From NCBI GenBank assembly GCA_000165425.1, contig CT868039.1:1-64000 (forward strand): DNA of 64,000 bases, read 5' to 3'. The stretch is from Paramecium tetraurelia (taxonomy: Eukaryota). Positions 1 to 13,370 of this stretch are shown here, one piece after another. Each line of letters begins with the position of its first letter. The stretch's first letter is position 1. The notes under the pieces were generated by a model. That model was not told the DNA's origin. It worked only from the letters and a program-made list of their open reading frames with translations, and searched no databases. Position numbers and translations under genes: made by a program.

Positions 1-60
1 CCACACCCAAACCCAAACCCAAACCCAAATCCCAAACCCAAACCCAAACCCAAAACCCAT
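1..60. repeat. Telomeric repeat tract (CCCAAA)n; macronuclear chromosome end
   Basis: About 8 CCCAAA units with variants (CCACAC, CCCAAAT, CCCAAAA, CCCATAA) at the sequence start; matches the C-rich strand of Paramecium T3G3 telomeres. Confidence 0.93.
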
Positions 61-1718
61 AACCAGATGACTCTGTACCATTATAGGCCTCAAATCATCG
101 ACTCTCGCAATTTTCGGCGCAAGTTTGTTTAGGAGGATCAGGCATCATACCATGCAATACCAAAAACAGAATTAATGCATATGTACAAACCTACCCAAAA
201 AATTTCAGAGAAAGAAGAAGTGGATGGAGGATTGTGAAATACCGACATACGCGGATGATGTTGTAATTTGTGAAAGAAAAGAATTGGCAAAGGAATGTGC
301 TCAGTTCTTTAAATTAGGCAAGATATCTGTATAATTTTATCCCAAAATAAATTCATTTCCTAGATTAATATTCCCTAACGGATTTATTTATCTTCATTAT
401 AAGTTGCTAATGGAATACCATTAGGAGAGATGCATACTGATTAAACCAATCATTATTTTCATCTAATTTGGTTTTCTATTGCTCTTTCTAAATATTCCAT
501 AAAAGAATAGAGTTATAGGTCCTCTAGGATTTATTGCTTCTAAATTTAAAGTGAATGTCAATCAATGTGTATAGCAATTCATTATTTACTAAAAACAATA
601 AGCATCTACATTTATAATAGCTAAAAATTGTTGTTATCCTCGCTCAATTTACCATTATTCCAGTCAAAAAAATATTAAGACATTTACATCATTTATCTTA
701 TCAACATACTCTTTTGAATTGGCCCCTATTGAAAATATGGAAATTCTTAAAATACCATTACTAATTACATCGAAAAGACCAAAAATGCTCTAATGAAATC
801 ATATTAAACGATGAACAAAAGGTTATGAATATCAAGAAATATTCCTCTGATAACATATATAAAGATACTTCTGACAAGTTTAAAGAGCTGCTTAGTAATA
901 ACGAATTCAACGGAGATCCCCAAATTAATGCAACATTTATTTCCAAAGCTGACAAAGTAGGAACAAAATTAAAATTGAATATTATCAAGAGCGTAATAAT
1001 TTTAAGAAAATTTTTAATTGATTAATATTTTTAATAATAATAATAACAATAAAAACAACTTTGAATCTAAAGTACAATCCTTAAACTAATTATGATTCAC
1101 ACACTTCACAAAGTAATTTAATTAATATTATTTATTTATCTAATCTTTTATAATATATCTTAATAAAAACCATAAACTTTCAGGTAACCTATTTTTATTT
1201 TTTCTAGCTTAATTTTAATGAATAGGTGAATTGAAAAAATTTACTATTAATATTGTAATAAAACAGTATTGAATATATTATTTGTTCTCGTAAACTTTTC
1301 TCTCTATGGGCCTCTACACTCAAATTTGTAGACCCAATACAAAATAGACTATTAGAGTAAAGTTACCTTATAAGCTGGAGATCATAAATAATCATTAGAT
1401 AATTACATGCAACTTAAATCTCAACTGTCTTAATTTTAAATAAAATATTATAAAACAAACACTCTTCTGATCATTTCACTGTGAAACTACCTCGAAATTC
1501 GTTCGACTCTGCAATTTGTATTATGAAACCGATTTCTATTAATAAAAGTTTGCATATTCTAAGAGGCAAAAGTAAATTTGTTCATATAGGCTAAGATGTT
1601 AAAGAATAAATATCTTTAATACAATAAGTATAATATCTAACATATATTTTAATAGAATTTCGAAGCATTAAAAATCAAATTAATTAGTGAGATCCATTAT
1701 TTCATTTCAAAATATAAT

Positions 1719-2096
1719 ATGTCTAATTTTAATAAATCTCCTTATGTTCACACCATGATTAAATGCTATAGAGGACTAGCCTATCAAGACTTAATCTTTT
1801 TCAACGATTTTGGAAAAAGAGTAGTGAATTTTCATGGAGCATTAGAAAGGGTAAGCTATCTTGAAAATTTGCCATAAAAAATTTATGACGATTATTACAG
1901 GTGTGAGGTTGTCAAAATTCCAACTTAATCCTAATTTTGCTTTGAAGACCTTAAGCAACAGATTGAAACTGTTATAAAAAAGCCTTATTCTTCGTTCACA
2001 AATAATGGATCAGATAATTGTAAAGAGCTTTTAGAGAAACTGAATATAGATAGGTTACCATCTGACAACTTTGATAAAAAGGGTCTGATTGCATGA
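1719..2096 (+). CDS. Intronless 125-aa hypothetical protein, weakly PPPDE/LRAT-like
   Basis: Code-6 ORF MSNFNKSPYVHT...KKPYSSFTNNGSDNCKELLEKL...GLIA-TGA. Confidence 0.5.
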
Positions 2097-2854
2097 TTAA
2101 ATTATAGATCAACAATTTATCGAAAATTTTAATATTCCATCTGAATAAAATTAGGGCTTTCTATATAGAATCGACCATTCTTTTCTAGGCCAAGTTTGAC
2201 ATTTTATCTTAAGTGTTTTAAAAAAAGTCAAAATAAACAGAATTAAATGGAGATACTCTGAATAATTTGATATTAACTTTGATTTACAATTTTCTCTTGA
2301 AATCAGTCCATCTACAAAATTGAAGCTGATTTTGATCATGTAGTTTATCATCTCGAAATTCATTATAATTATGAATTGCAATTTTCTGATACTAATTCAA
2401 AATAAGAAATAAAAGTGATAAATCCTAAATCCAGTTGAGAAGATAGAAAAAGATGATATCCTAATTAATAATAACCTCCTCTCGACACATAGTTATTATC
2501 TTAAAAATCAAAAAAAGAACAGGAATAGCATGCATGCAGACAACATTCAATTTCATTATCTTTAAATTTTTAACATTAATTTAGGGCAGTAAATTAGGAT
2601 ATCTAGTTAAACAAAAACCTAATTCACCTAAATTAACCAATCCTTTATATTTCAAATTATAAATTTTAATCTTATTCTCTAAAATACAATCTAATTAATC
2701 TAATACATCATTTTTTCTAATAATCCATAATTATTATTTTAATTCATATAATGTAATTTATACTAACCATAGGAAATGATTAGTTTTTATGTTATCAATC
2801 ATTTTGATATTTGATGAATATTCCTATAAAAAAAAGTTTATAAACCTAACAACA

Positions 2855-3004
2855 NNNNNNNNNNNNNNNNNNNNNNNNNNNNNNNNNNNNNNNNNNNNNN
2901 NNNNNNNNNNNNNNNNNNNNNNNNNNNNNNNNNNNNNNNNNNNNNNNNNNNNNNNNNNNNNNNNNNNNNNNNNNNNNNNNNNNNNNNNNNNNNNNNNNNN
3001 NNNN
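2855..3004. other. Assembly gap (150 N)
   Basis: Run of N. Confidence 1.
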
Positions 3005-4860
3005 CTATTAGTTGGAGTAGATGCTAATTTGCTAGGTTAGGAAAAGGTTGACACATTCTCAGGAATACGAATTTGTCTTGTTGAGTTTGATGATCTGGCC
3101 ATCACATTGGCTTCTGACCCTTCAGTTCTTATAGGTTATTCTTCAAACTAATCCTAAATCTGTTTCCTATGTGAATTCTGAATAGCAATTCTATGCAAGT
3201 CAATGTGCTTCTCTGATTCTGTTTTTTGTAATTATGTTGTCGGGATATCTAATCATCATTTTGAATAAATTACCAGATATATCCCTGGATCCTAATCTGT
3301 TTCATTTACAACTGTATTAACTAAATTTGGAAGCACCAACTACAGAAGGAGCTTTCATTTCGATTTTGGCAAATGAATTATTGGACACACATGAGATTGA
3401 TTCAATTGAATTTAAATTTCCTGTAAAGGCTGGTTATCTCTATTCTAAATTCAGATCGATAGATCCCATTCTGACATTATTCTTGTAAAACTAATTATAA
3501 TCATTCAAATTTTGTTAATAATTCTCTTATTTAACTTATTGTTCTTTTGCCAATTCCTTAAAATATGGATGTCTCAAACACTGTAATAATTTTTTAAATT
3601 TTACTTCACTTGAATTCAATCTGTCTTGGGGCTTTTTCAACAACATAGCTCTTATTAAATCTTAAAGTTGTATTGGCGCAGATTTAAATAAAGAATCTTC
3701 AAAATCGATGAAACAATCTTTGTTGGCCTTCAAGATGGCTTTTTAATCTTTACCTGAAAATGGTTAATCACCAGTCTAAAATAAATAAATAATTTACAAT
3801 TAGTAAGTACAAGATGATTCCAGCACTAAAAACATCACATTTTTCATCATAGATTTAATGTCCATCGATATATTCCAAGATTTCTGGAGCAACAAACCCA
3901 GGAGTACCACATCTTTTAAATAAAATATTATTATCCTGTAATAATGCTGCCAATCCAAAATCTGCTAATACAATATCGTGATTGTTTTCATAAGATTTCA
4001 GTAGTAGATTTTCAGGTTTAAGATCTCTGTGAGCTATATTGAATTGATGCATGTGATTCAGTGCTGATAATAGGTTAAAGGCTAGTCTCTACAAGGTTTC
4101 AGCAGGTAAAAATCCTAAATAATTTTGATGTAACAATATACCTGTTTCTCTCACTCTTTAAAGTAGTTCACCTCCGGCCACAATATCAACTACGAAATAA
4201 ACAGAGTTAGCTGTTTCATGTACTTCATGTAATCTTACAATATTTGAGTGGTTTAATCTTCTCATTACTTTCATTTCATTCAAGAGGCTTTCAATACCTT
4301 TGTGCTATTGCATCATAAAAGACTTGCTAAATGCCTTGACAGCATATTAAATATTGCTATCTTTTCTGGTGGCAAGATAAACTTTTGCAAAACTCCCCTT
4401 TCCAATTAATTTAGAAACCATATAAGCCTCATGAAAATTCTCTAATAAACAAGCTTTTCTGAGGTGGATTTTCCATTGATCATAACAAGACTTGTCAGAT
4501 AGAAAAATCTCTAAGGTTTTTGTTTGGTATTATAATCTGAACCCATACTACTGCTCATCAGAATTTAATTGCACTAGATGATCAGCTCCTGGTTCTATGT
4601 AAGTCAAATGAGTCGTAATGAGAGGTGCACATTTCAATTTGTCTAAAGTGACTTTATAAATGTATTCTAATCCAAGTACAATCAAGACTTATTTGACACT
4701 AACTTTTCCTGCAGTCAAAAATTCTTATTCAACTAAAAATGTTTAGGACTTAATATTCAATGAAATAAGTTACATCCAATACAGACTTATCACATGTTTA
4801 CCAAAATTTATTCCTGGTTTTTCCAAAATCAAAGATAGAAATTACTTTTTATTCAGTCAT
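3005..4860 (-). CDS. CAMK-group Ser/Thr protein kinase with N-terminal extension; 3' end runs into the gap
   Basis: MTEQKVISIFDF start; GKGSFAKV, AVK, HRDLKPEN, ADFGLA and RCGTPGFVAPE motifs; several ~25 nt introns. Confidence 0.93.
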
Positions 4861-6001
4861 TAATCTATACTACTGACACAAAAATAATAATTTATTAAAT
4901 AAGTTTTAATTCTCAACATCTTTGAAACATTTCATTTTTATCAAATTTATTTATTTACAGAATCTTAACTAAGAATTATCATCCATTAATTAATTAAACA
5001 CTTGCTTTCTAGTTTATCATTTATTTATATGTCCTTCTCCATTATGACTTGATCATGAATTAAATCAAACATAATTCTGCTCTATTATAGTCAAGCTATA
5101 TATATGTAGAACTAAGCAATGAAATATACAAAAATTTGAATAGTAATTATGTATATATTAACTGCTAAATTCTGATCTTTGGTTAACTCAATATTTTATA
5201 TTTGTCAATAGGATTTGAAAATATTAGGTATATTTTGTATAAAGAAGTAAGATTTTTAATTATTTATTCAAAAATTATAAAACCAAAATAAAATTTAGAT
5301 GACCCTAAAATTCTATATCTTAATAAAACCAAGATAAAATCTTTTAGTTATCATAAATTTTATCATAGTACAATTCTAATTTCTCAAGATGTTTTGCAGG
5401 TTCTTTGTATTTACAAACACCTTGATTTCATTATACTCTTTCCATAAATTGTGCTTGATTCTCCTAATGCACTTTTCTCCTTCTCTTCTGAGATTTTGAA
5501 ACTTAAATCAATCATAATTTTTAAATGTATATTTCCTCAATTTAATTTTACATTGCTTCTGAGTTCTTAGTTATTCAATCTTTCATTTATCAATATTGAC
5601 TTATGAAAGATATTGGTATTAGAGAGAGAATCAATAATTAATTCCCTTTTATAAATTTTTATAATCTAATCTAAATTTTCTTTACAAAAACAAACCTAAT
5701 AACCTCCTTAATTACTCTACTTAATTAACCGAGCTTAAAATCAAAAGAAACTGCGAAGTCTATAAGATTATAAAATTATCCGTTTGAAAAAATACTATCT
5801 GTTATTTGGGTTTCTTATAAATATTAACAATTCAATGTATATATATATAAAATTACATCAATCAAAATTGCAAATATTTCCCATTATATAATTATCCATT
5901 AAACATAACTTGACTTGATATTTGATACAAATTTAACACAATTTGGAATCTAACATATAATTTTTGAGGATTGAATAGAAACATTTTTAAATTTTTATAT
6001 A

Positions 6002-6672
6002 TCATCGTTTTATATCATCATTAGCAATCTTAGATTAAATTGATTTCTTTCCAGCAACTAAACTATTTTGCTTTTAAGGATCGAATTTCTAATGATGAGA
6101 TCGGCATTAACTCGCAGATCTAGATTTGATGAGATCAGACATTTTTTTAAATATTTATTTCATTTTCTTCTAATCTGAATCTGACATAATCACTTTATTG
6201 TCATCGATAAACTATTAATATAGTCTGTGCTCTTTATTAGTCCAATGACCTAAAGAATAAAAGTCTAAGATGTACCTTTCTTAAAATTTTTGCTTTTTTT
6301 AGATTTTTTCTTTTTCTTTTTGTTCAAAATTATTATAGTTTCTGGCTTTTTGGAAAGGGGAGATTATTGATTGTCAACAATAGAGGGCGTATCGATTTGT
6401 TCATTTTATAAGGATCCGTGTAAGGTTTCGGAGCACTTTTCGGTAATTGATGTCTTTTTGATTATGTTTTGCTGGTAGTGAATCTAAGGCTATTGAAAGC
6501 AGTTGTTTATTCTGTGAAATTCAGAGAAATAGCTGGGGGTGATGTTTACATATTGATAATACGGGTTAAACCATGGAAATGAATATGAAGGTTGACAAAA
6601 GTTGAAAGAACCTAAGGAATGACAGTATTTTGTACTTTATGAGTCCTAAGGAATATAAGCAAAAGGTAACAT
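6002..6672 (-). CDS. Myb/SANT (SHAQKYF-like) DNA-binding protein
   Basis: MLPFAYIPQ...KG|intron|HWTNKEHRLYQQF...RSASQCRSHHQKF...DDIKR-TGA. Confidence 0.88.
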
Positions 6673-7749
6673 TTTGAAGATGTTGAGTTGTAAATAAAAA
6701 ATAATTATTGTCTTTAAGGATTCATCATCAGGTTTAATTTAGGATCTACATTATATTAATGATAAATAGTGCGAAAAAGAGTATTAATTTAGGAATTCAC
6801 AATGATAACAATAATATACATTATTATTGATATAGTATTTTACAATCATCCTCCTTCTACTCATTGTATCTTTCTTAACAATTTCTGTTCAAGTATTCAA
6901 TCATATTTGAAAGTACAGACGTTGTTCAATTTTAATCATTTTTAAACATGCCATCTCATTACAAGGATTTGAAACTATCTATATTCTATAAAAATTTCTT
7001 ATTGTTTTTTATATTTAATTGAATATTTTTATCTACTATTTTTTTTTTAATTGAATTTATTATTGGTTTTTCAATTAATTAGTTTGTTTACTTAATTGAT
7101 GAATGAATAGCCTTTAGAATTTTTAATAAATTTAGTTAATTTTATTTTGTTTGTCTTACACATTTTTCTTGTAGACTACTTTTCCACGTTATCATTATTC
7201 TTTAAATCAAAATATATTTTGAAAATCGTTCGAGATATGCTAGGCCTAATAAAAGAAATATTTGAATCTAATTAATATTATAATGCTTTATGATACATTA
7301 AAATTTATCTTGATACACAATATGATTTTATTTATTGCAGAAAAATGATATATAATTCAAAATCAATTCATTCATGAAAATATATTTAAATGTTATTAAA
7401 ACCGTTCATATTACGAAATTGTACCTAACTAATTAACTTATATACGAAAAGCATTTATTAAAACAGAATATAAGTACATAAAAGCATATATGTAATTAAA
7501 GAATAAATTTTTGTCACGTGTTATTGTAACTATTAAACCATTTTAATTGAGTTGAATATATTGCTATTCTAACTCATAATGAAAAAGATCAATTTCATAT
7601 TTACAAACCTAACCTTATTTCAATTCCGAGATTGATTTGGATAAATTAATTAATATTTTTTTTGAGGAATAAAGTTTTAACTAAATTTAACTACTTAGAT
7701 ATAAAATTAATATAAATTGTATATTTTTATCTGCTTATATGATAATATC

Positions 7750-10700
7750 TCATACTATGATTTATCTCGTTTAGTTTCTCCAAGCCTCTCCTATTTATGA
7801 AGGTTCCATCTAATCTTACAATTTTCCAAATGAGCAGTTTTTATTAAAGAAATCGGTAATATTAATCATTGTCTTTTATTATTTATCAAGACAGCAAGCA
7901 ATTAAATCTATTTTCATTCTCTAAGCTTGTGGTAAATTTGCAAACTGGTTTAATGCCTAGGTTGGATATGAATCTCCTCCGTCTGTATAAAAGAATATGA
8001 CATGTCTAAATTTATTTAAATATGTTACTTATTGAATTATTCGAAGTTTTTTACAGCCGCAATTTTTTGATAAGCTAATTAGAAGGCGCTTTAAAAACTA
8101 GTACCTCCTCCATTGCATACAACTGCGTTTTTTATGGTTTGCATATTTATAGTTTGAGAGTCTACAACACATCTTGCATTATCATTGAAGATAATGATTG
8201 TCACTCTGATATTCTGATTATCTTTTGCAGATGATAAAGATGAGATTAATCCATTTTAGGCTTGATTAAATCTATCTCCTGACATAGAACCAGAATCATC
8301 TAATAAGATGATATAATGAAAAGATGGTTATTAGGCTGCCTAAATTTCAACTTAATTTTCCACAAACTTAAATTCTTTCCCTTCCCTGCTAAATCTATAT
8401 TGGCAAAATTCTTTGCCATTATTTTTCCAAAATGTAGTAAATTTCTCTTTAGTTTGTTCATTAATATTGTCATCAAAAGCCCAATCTTAGTAAATTTCTT
8501 TTAGTTAGCTCATGTTATTTGTTGACTCTTAATTAAATTCCTTAACTAGATAGTGCTATTTTATCTCTTCACATTAATACAAGGAAGGCATATTATTAAT
8601 AAGAATGCCAGCCATAACTCTTAAAAGATGACCATTCCTACAACGATGACTATGACCATCCACATTATCTTAATCACATTTTCTCTTGCAAGTTGGACAA
8701 CATTATCTACATCCAATCAAATTCGATCTTATTTTTTGAATCTACAACTCAAATAACTCAATTTCAATTCTCAGATTCTAAATGCTTTTAATTTATTCTT
8801 GAATTGTATTGATGAATCCTGAGATGAAATCTGATAGAAGGTAAATTTTTTGATATTTTTGATCTGATAATTCTTTACTGATTTTACAGGTATCATCTGG
8901 ATTTGAAAAAATGTTCTTAAACTTATCTTGTATATTATTCAATTATCCTTGAGCTAAAGTGCCTCTCAAATATCCCATCATTATTTGATATAACATCTTT
9001 GGTGCATCCTCTGGGTTATCTAATTAGATGAAAAATTCAATTGCCTAAGAATTTATTGTGACTTTTTCTGATAGGTTTTGTAACTTCTAATGCAATAGGT
9101 TTAAATAGCTCATCTAGGTTTCCTGTAATTTCTAATTATATTATTTTGCAAATTGCTCTCTTATTTTATTTGTTCTTTCATTTACTTCATTCGCAATTAA
9201 ATTTACAGGATTGTTTATGTAATGTAAAGTTTAATCAAAACTATATTATTTCTGGTTTTTATTAAATAATTTGTTGTCAAGTTCATCAATTAAAGAACAA
9301 CTTTACATTTTAGGATCTTTTACAGATTAATTCAATTCTTAGCGAGCATCTATTTAAAATTTAACTGAATTTTGCCTAATTGATTAATTAATAATTTCAT
9401 TAGCAATGATTTTTAGTTTAAAAATGATTACTAGCTTGAATCTTTTTTTATATCAACCAAATACTTATCAAATATCTCTTTTTCAATACACTTAGGTTTT
9501 ATTCTTATTTTTTGTATTCTAAATATTTTTAATAACATTAAATCCTCCAAATTACAAATATTGCAAAGTTATACAATAATCCTTATCCAATATCTCCTAA
9601 AATGGCTCCATATTTAAAAAAGCATTAATTTAATTCATCAATCTTAATTTCTAGATTATCCATGATAATTTGGATAGAGGTTGCATCCAGTGTATGTTTG
9701 TTCATATATTCTTAGAACACTATATCGTAGATCTAAGCATAAATATTTTTCCACTCACTCTTAAAATTCACTATCTCATAGAAAAATCCATAATCTAAAT
9801 CATTATTACAATAGTTCTTGAATTTACTATTGCTAACTTTTTCATTGAAAATAATTTTTTCTGAATGATAAAAATTTGATTCTCCTTGAATTCCTTAATA
9901 TACTTTTTATATTCATATAGTTTAATAACTTGTTTTTGGGGACTCAAGTTTAATCCAACTAAAAAATTGAATTCGTGAGAAACATTTAAATGGTTTTCAT
10001 AGTAGGAATTATCCTGATAAGCTAAATAGTCCAATAAAGTTTTTTCTTTTTTTACAAGAACTAAATTTTCAACCTCATCCAATTTTTGAGTATCAAAGCT
10101 ATAGCCAAAAATTTTAAAAAACTGCTAAAATTATAAAATTGCTTGTGTTTTGTCTTTGTTCTCACAAAATTTTAATAAATCCTTATTTTCTTTAGTGTTA
10201 AGGAATTTATCTAAATCTGTTTTTGAGATGTATTCTAATTCCACATCTAAATTAGTAATTTTGCTATATTAGGAAATCGAAATATTATTGGTGAAATTCT
10301 TTATTTGAAGATTGATATCTTTAAATTATTCAGAGTATATTTTTTTTTATGTGTCTTACAATGGTTTTTGATTTATTTCCTATTTAGCTGTTTTATCAGT
10401 AAATACTAAGTCAAACACATTCTCTTAAACCAAATTCTTAGATGTTATTTCAAAGTATTAATCAAAATCATCTTCTTTAGAAGGCTCCTTTTTAACCAGA
10501 TTATTTAAAAACTACTCTTTAGACTCCTAATTTCCTGATTTATGAATATATTTTTTGGTTTTATTTTAAATTTTTAGTAATTCTATATTACAATTCTTAT
10601 TAAATTATACTTCTTATTTTTCTTTCAGATTAATTTCATTTTCACTCCAAAATTCATCAAATTTTTCTTTAAACTTATCGACATCTTCTTAATTCGTTGT

Positions 10701-10988
10701 TTATATATATTAGTCTAATCTTAAATACACTAAGAAATTATCTTACTTTTAAAATTAAATCTGATGGTTCGGATTATTTTCTTAAATTAAGGCCAAATAC
10801 TGTGGGAATTTCTCATCTAAGTGTTTGATTACAATCTCCTTATCATCATTATTCTGCTTATCATAAAATTAGTTTATGATCTCTTTTGATTCCATTAGAT
10901 TGATATGATTAGTATTTATTTTCTAAATCACTTCTTCTAATTATTTAATTGTATTGCTTTATGTTCTAAGCTCATTGGTTTATTACAT
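7750..10988 (-). CDS. Large helical protein with a Cys/His cluster and C-terminal vWA domain; one frameshift near 9855-9860; possibly 5'-truncated
   Basis: HYIILLDDSGSM (MIDAS), GGGTSF and FFYTDG motifs; upstream CPTCKRKC..GHSHRCRNGHLLR cluster; 23-nt intron near 8010-8030. Confidence 0.8.
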
Positions 10989-12041
10989 AGGGTATTTTTA
11001 ATCTAGTATCTCGAATTTAATATTGCTTTTGCTTTTATCTGTAAATAGTTTTTAAATTATATATTATACAATAATCAATAATCAAGGGACTTAATAGAAA
11101 TATTTCTATCAAAGTATAATTAGAGGACTGTAGTAGAATGAATTTAATCTAGAAGAATGAAGAAAGAATAGTGATGCTTTATTTGGATTATAGTACATCA
11201 CTCCTTAACAAATGTTCTATGAATCATTATTAACTAGGATTATCACTTAGTATGAATAATTACTGCCTCAGCATAGAAGACTAGACCAAGTTATTTATAA
11301 TTTGATTTATATTAAATTTAGAAATAGATGAAAATGAATTATTTTGATGTTAATGTAGTTATAAGTTTTAACCCTATTATTATCAGATGCAGATGATGTT
11401 TGATTTACTGGAGTGAGATCAGAATATTCAATTTATTATAGATAATTGGTCGAAATTTTAATTAAAGTTATAATACTTATAAAATCGATTACAATTTAAT
11501 AATAGAAAAGAGGAGATGAAATAGAATTTTTGTATAAAGATATATAAAATATATACTTTTAATCTCAATAATTGAGTTGATTTAATTACTTTAATGAATA
11601 TTATGCTTGAATGGAATTGTATTTTGTTATTTAGAGATATAATCTGTTCCTTAATTTAAATGGATATTACTAATCTAAATGATTTTAATTAGATTTGCAT
11701 TCATTATTCTGATTGAGTCTCTCTTTAATTATATAAATTAAATTAACTGTTAATCTAATTTATTGATTATTAAAGAAGTAGATAAATTATTACAATAACA
11801 ATGCGATTAGATTAAAATGAAATATCGATATGAGATGCCGTCTATTCAGAAGGAGACACTTTATAATATTTTTTAAATCTTCTATCACAATAGTATTTAT
11901 TAGTGCATTTAAATAATTGTTATTTTGTCATAATATAAATAAATACACGTCATAATTAAATCAGGTACGTACGAATATTACAACAATATTGTGCCTTTGT
12001 ATACCTGAGATATTGTATTTAAAATACATATATAATAAATA

Positions 12042-13300
12042 ATGAACTCAAGAAACACACACCTTACAGAATATACAATCAAAGAAATCATCTCTGAGAA
12101 ATTCACTTCTTGGAAATAGATCAACCCTTCACAAATCAGCATCTCTAGATTGACAGGGTTGACAAATATCACCTACAAAGCCCAGGCTATGATTGACACT
12201 ACACCTTAAACAATATTGTTTAGAGAGTAATGAGTGTTATCATTTAAAATTAGATTTGGTAATGCGGAAGGCTTCGTGGATTCACAATAAGAAAGAATAA
12301 TTTTTAAATCAATATCTGATATGGATCTTGGACCTTAGTAATTGGAATGTGGTGACAGGTGGAGAATGGAAGAATATGTTAAGGATGGAGTACATCCAAA
12401 CAATTAAAAGATGGCTGATGCTAATTTTTAATTTAAGTCTATGGCAGTTTTATAGAAATTCCATTAGATGGAGATTCCGATATCAAATGATGGTTCATCA
12501 TTGATTTTAAAGAAGACAATCTCTGAGGAAATGAAAGAAAATGTTATTAAGAAGATTGAAAAACGACATTTGTATACAGATGTAGAACTTAAATAGTTGG
12601 AATGCTTGGAAAGATTTATAACTAATGAAGAAGAGTTTAATTATTTAAACGAAATGACACAGAAAGAGAATCACGAAGAGGTATTTTTATTAACAATAAT
12701 TTTTAGTTAAAGTTCTGCCATAATGATCTGAATCAATTAAACATTTTTAACACATCTAACAAGGATAAGGAAATCATCTTCATAGATTATGAATATTGTT
12801 CATATAATTATCCCTCTTATGATATTGCCAATTTCCTAAATGAATCTGCAATCAATTACTAACATGAAGAAGCCCCTTACTATGTTCTTGAGGAGGACAA
12901 TTTCAATAGTGCTCCCATTTAGGCACATTTCCTTGCATTAAGTTATATACTCAATAAGGAATGCACTTAAATGGAAATAGATTAGATCTATAAGTTGATC
13001 AATGAATAAACCAATAAAAATAAGGATGAATTAAAAACCTTTATTGGATTAGTTAAATAAATTCTTGAATAAAGATTAAGCGAATAGGAAATTGTGGATT
13101 TATTCAAAGCAATCTCTTATTTGAAAAGGAGAATAAGAAGATTTTAAATAATATCCAATTTGAATTGGGTCTGGTGGAGCATTCTTTTGGCTTATGAAAA
13201 GAATTCTCTTAGTTTTGAATATATCGATTATGGTTTTTTGAGATTCAAAATGCTTGAGAAACTCTTGGAATTAGAAAAAGCAAGAAAAAGTACTAATTGA
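12042..13300 (+). CDS. Choline/ethanolamine kinase
   Basis: RLTGLTNITY, FCHNDLNQLNI (Brenner motif) and FIDYEYCSYNYPSYDIANFLNE; intron at 12681-12706. Confidence 0.93.
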
Positions 13301-13370
13301 TTTTTAATTTTTGTAAATATTTGTTTTGTAGAGTCTTATTTATAAATTTTATTCAATAGTATTATATAAA

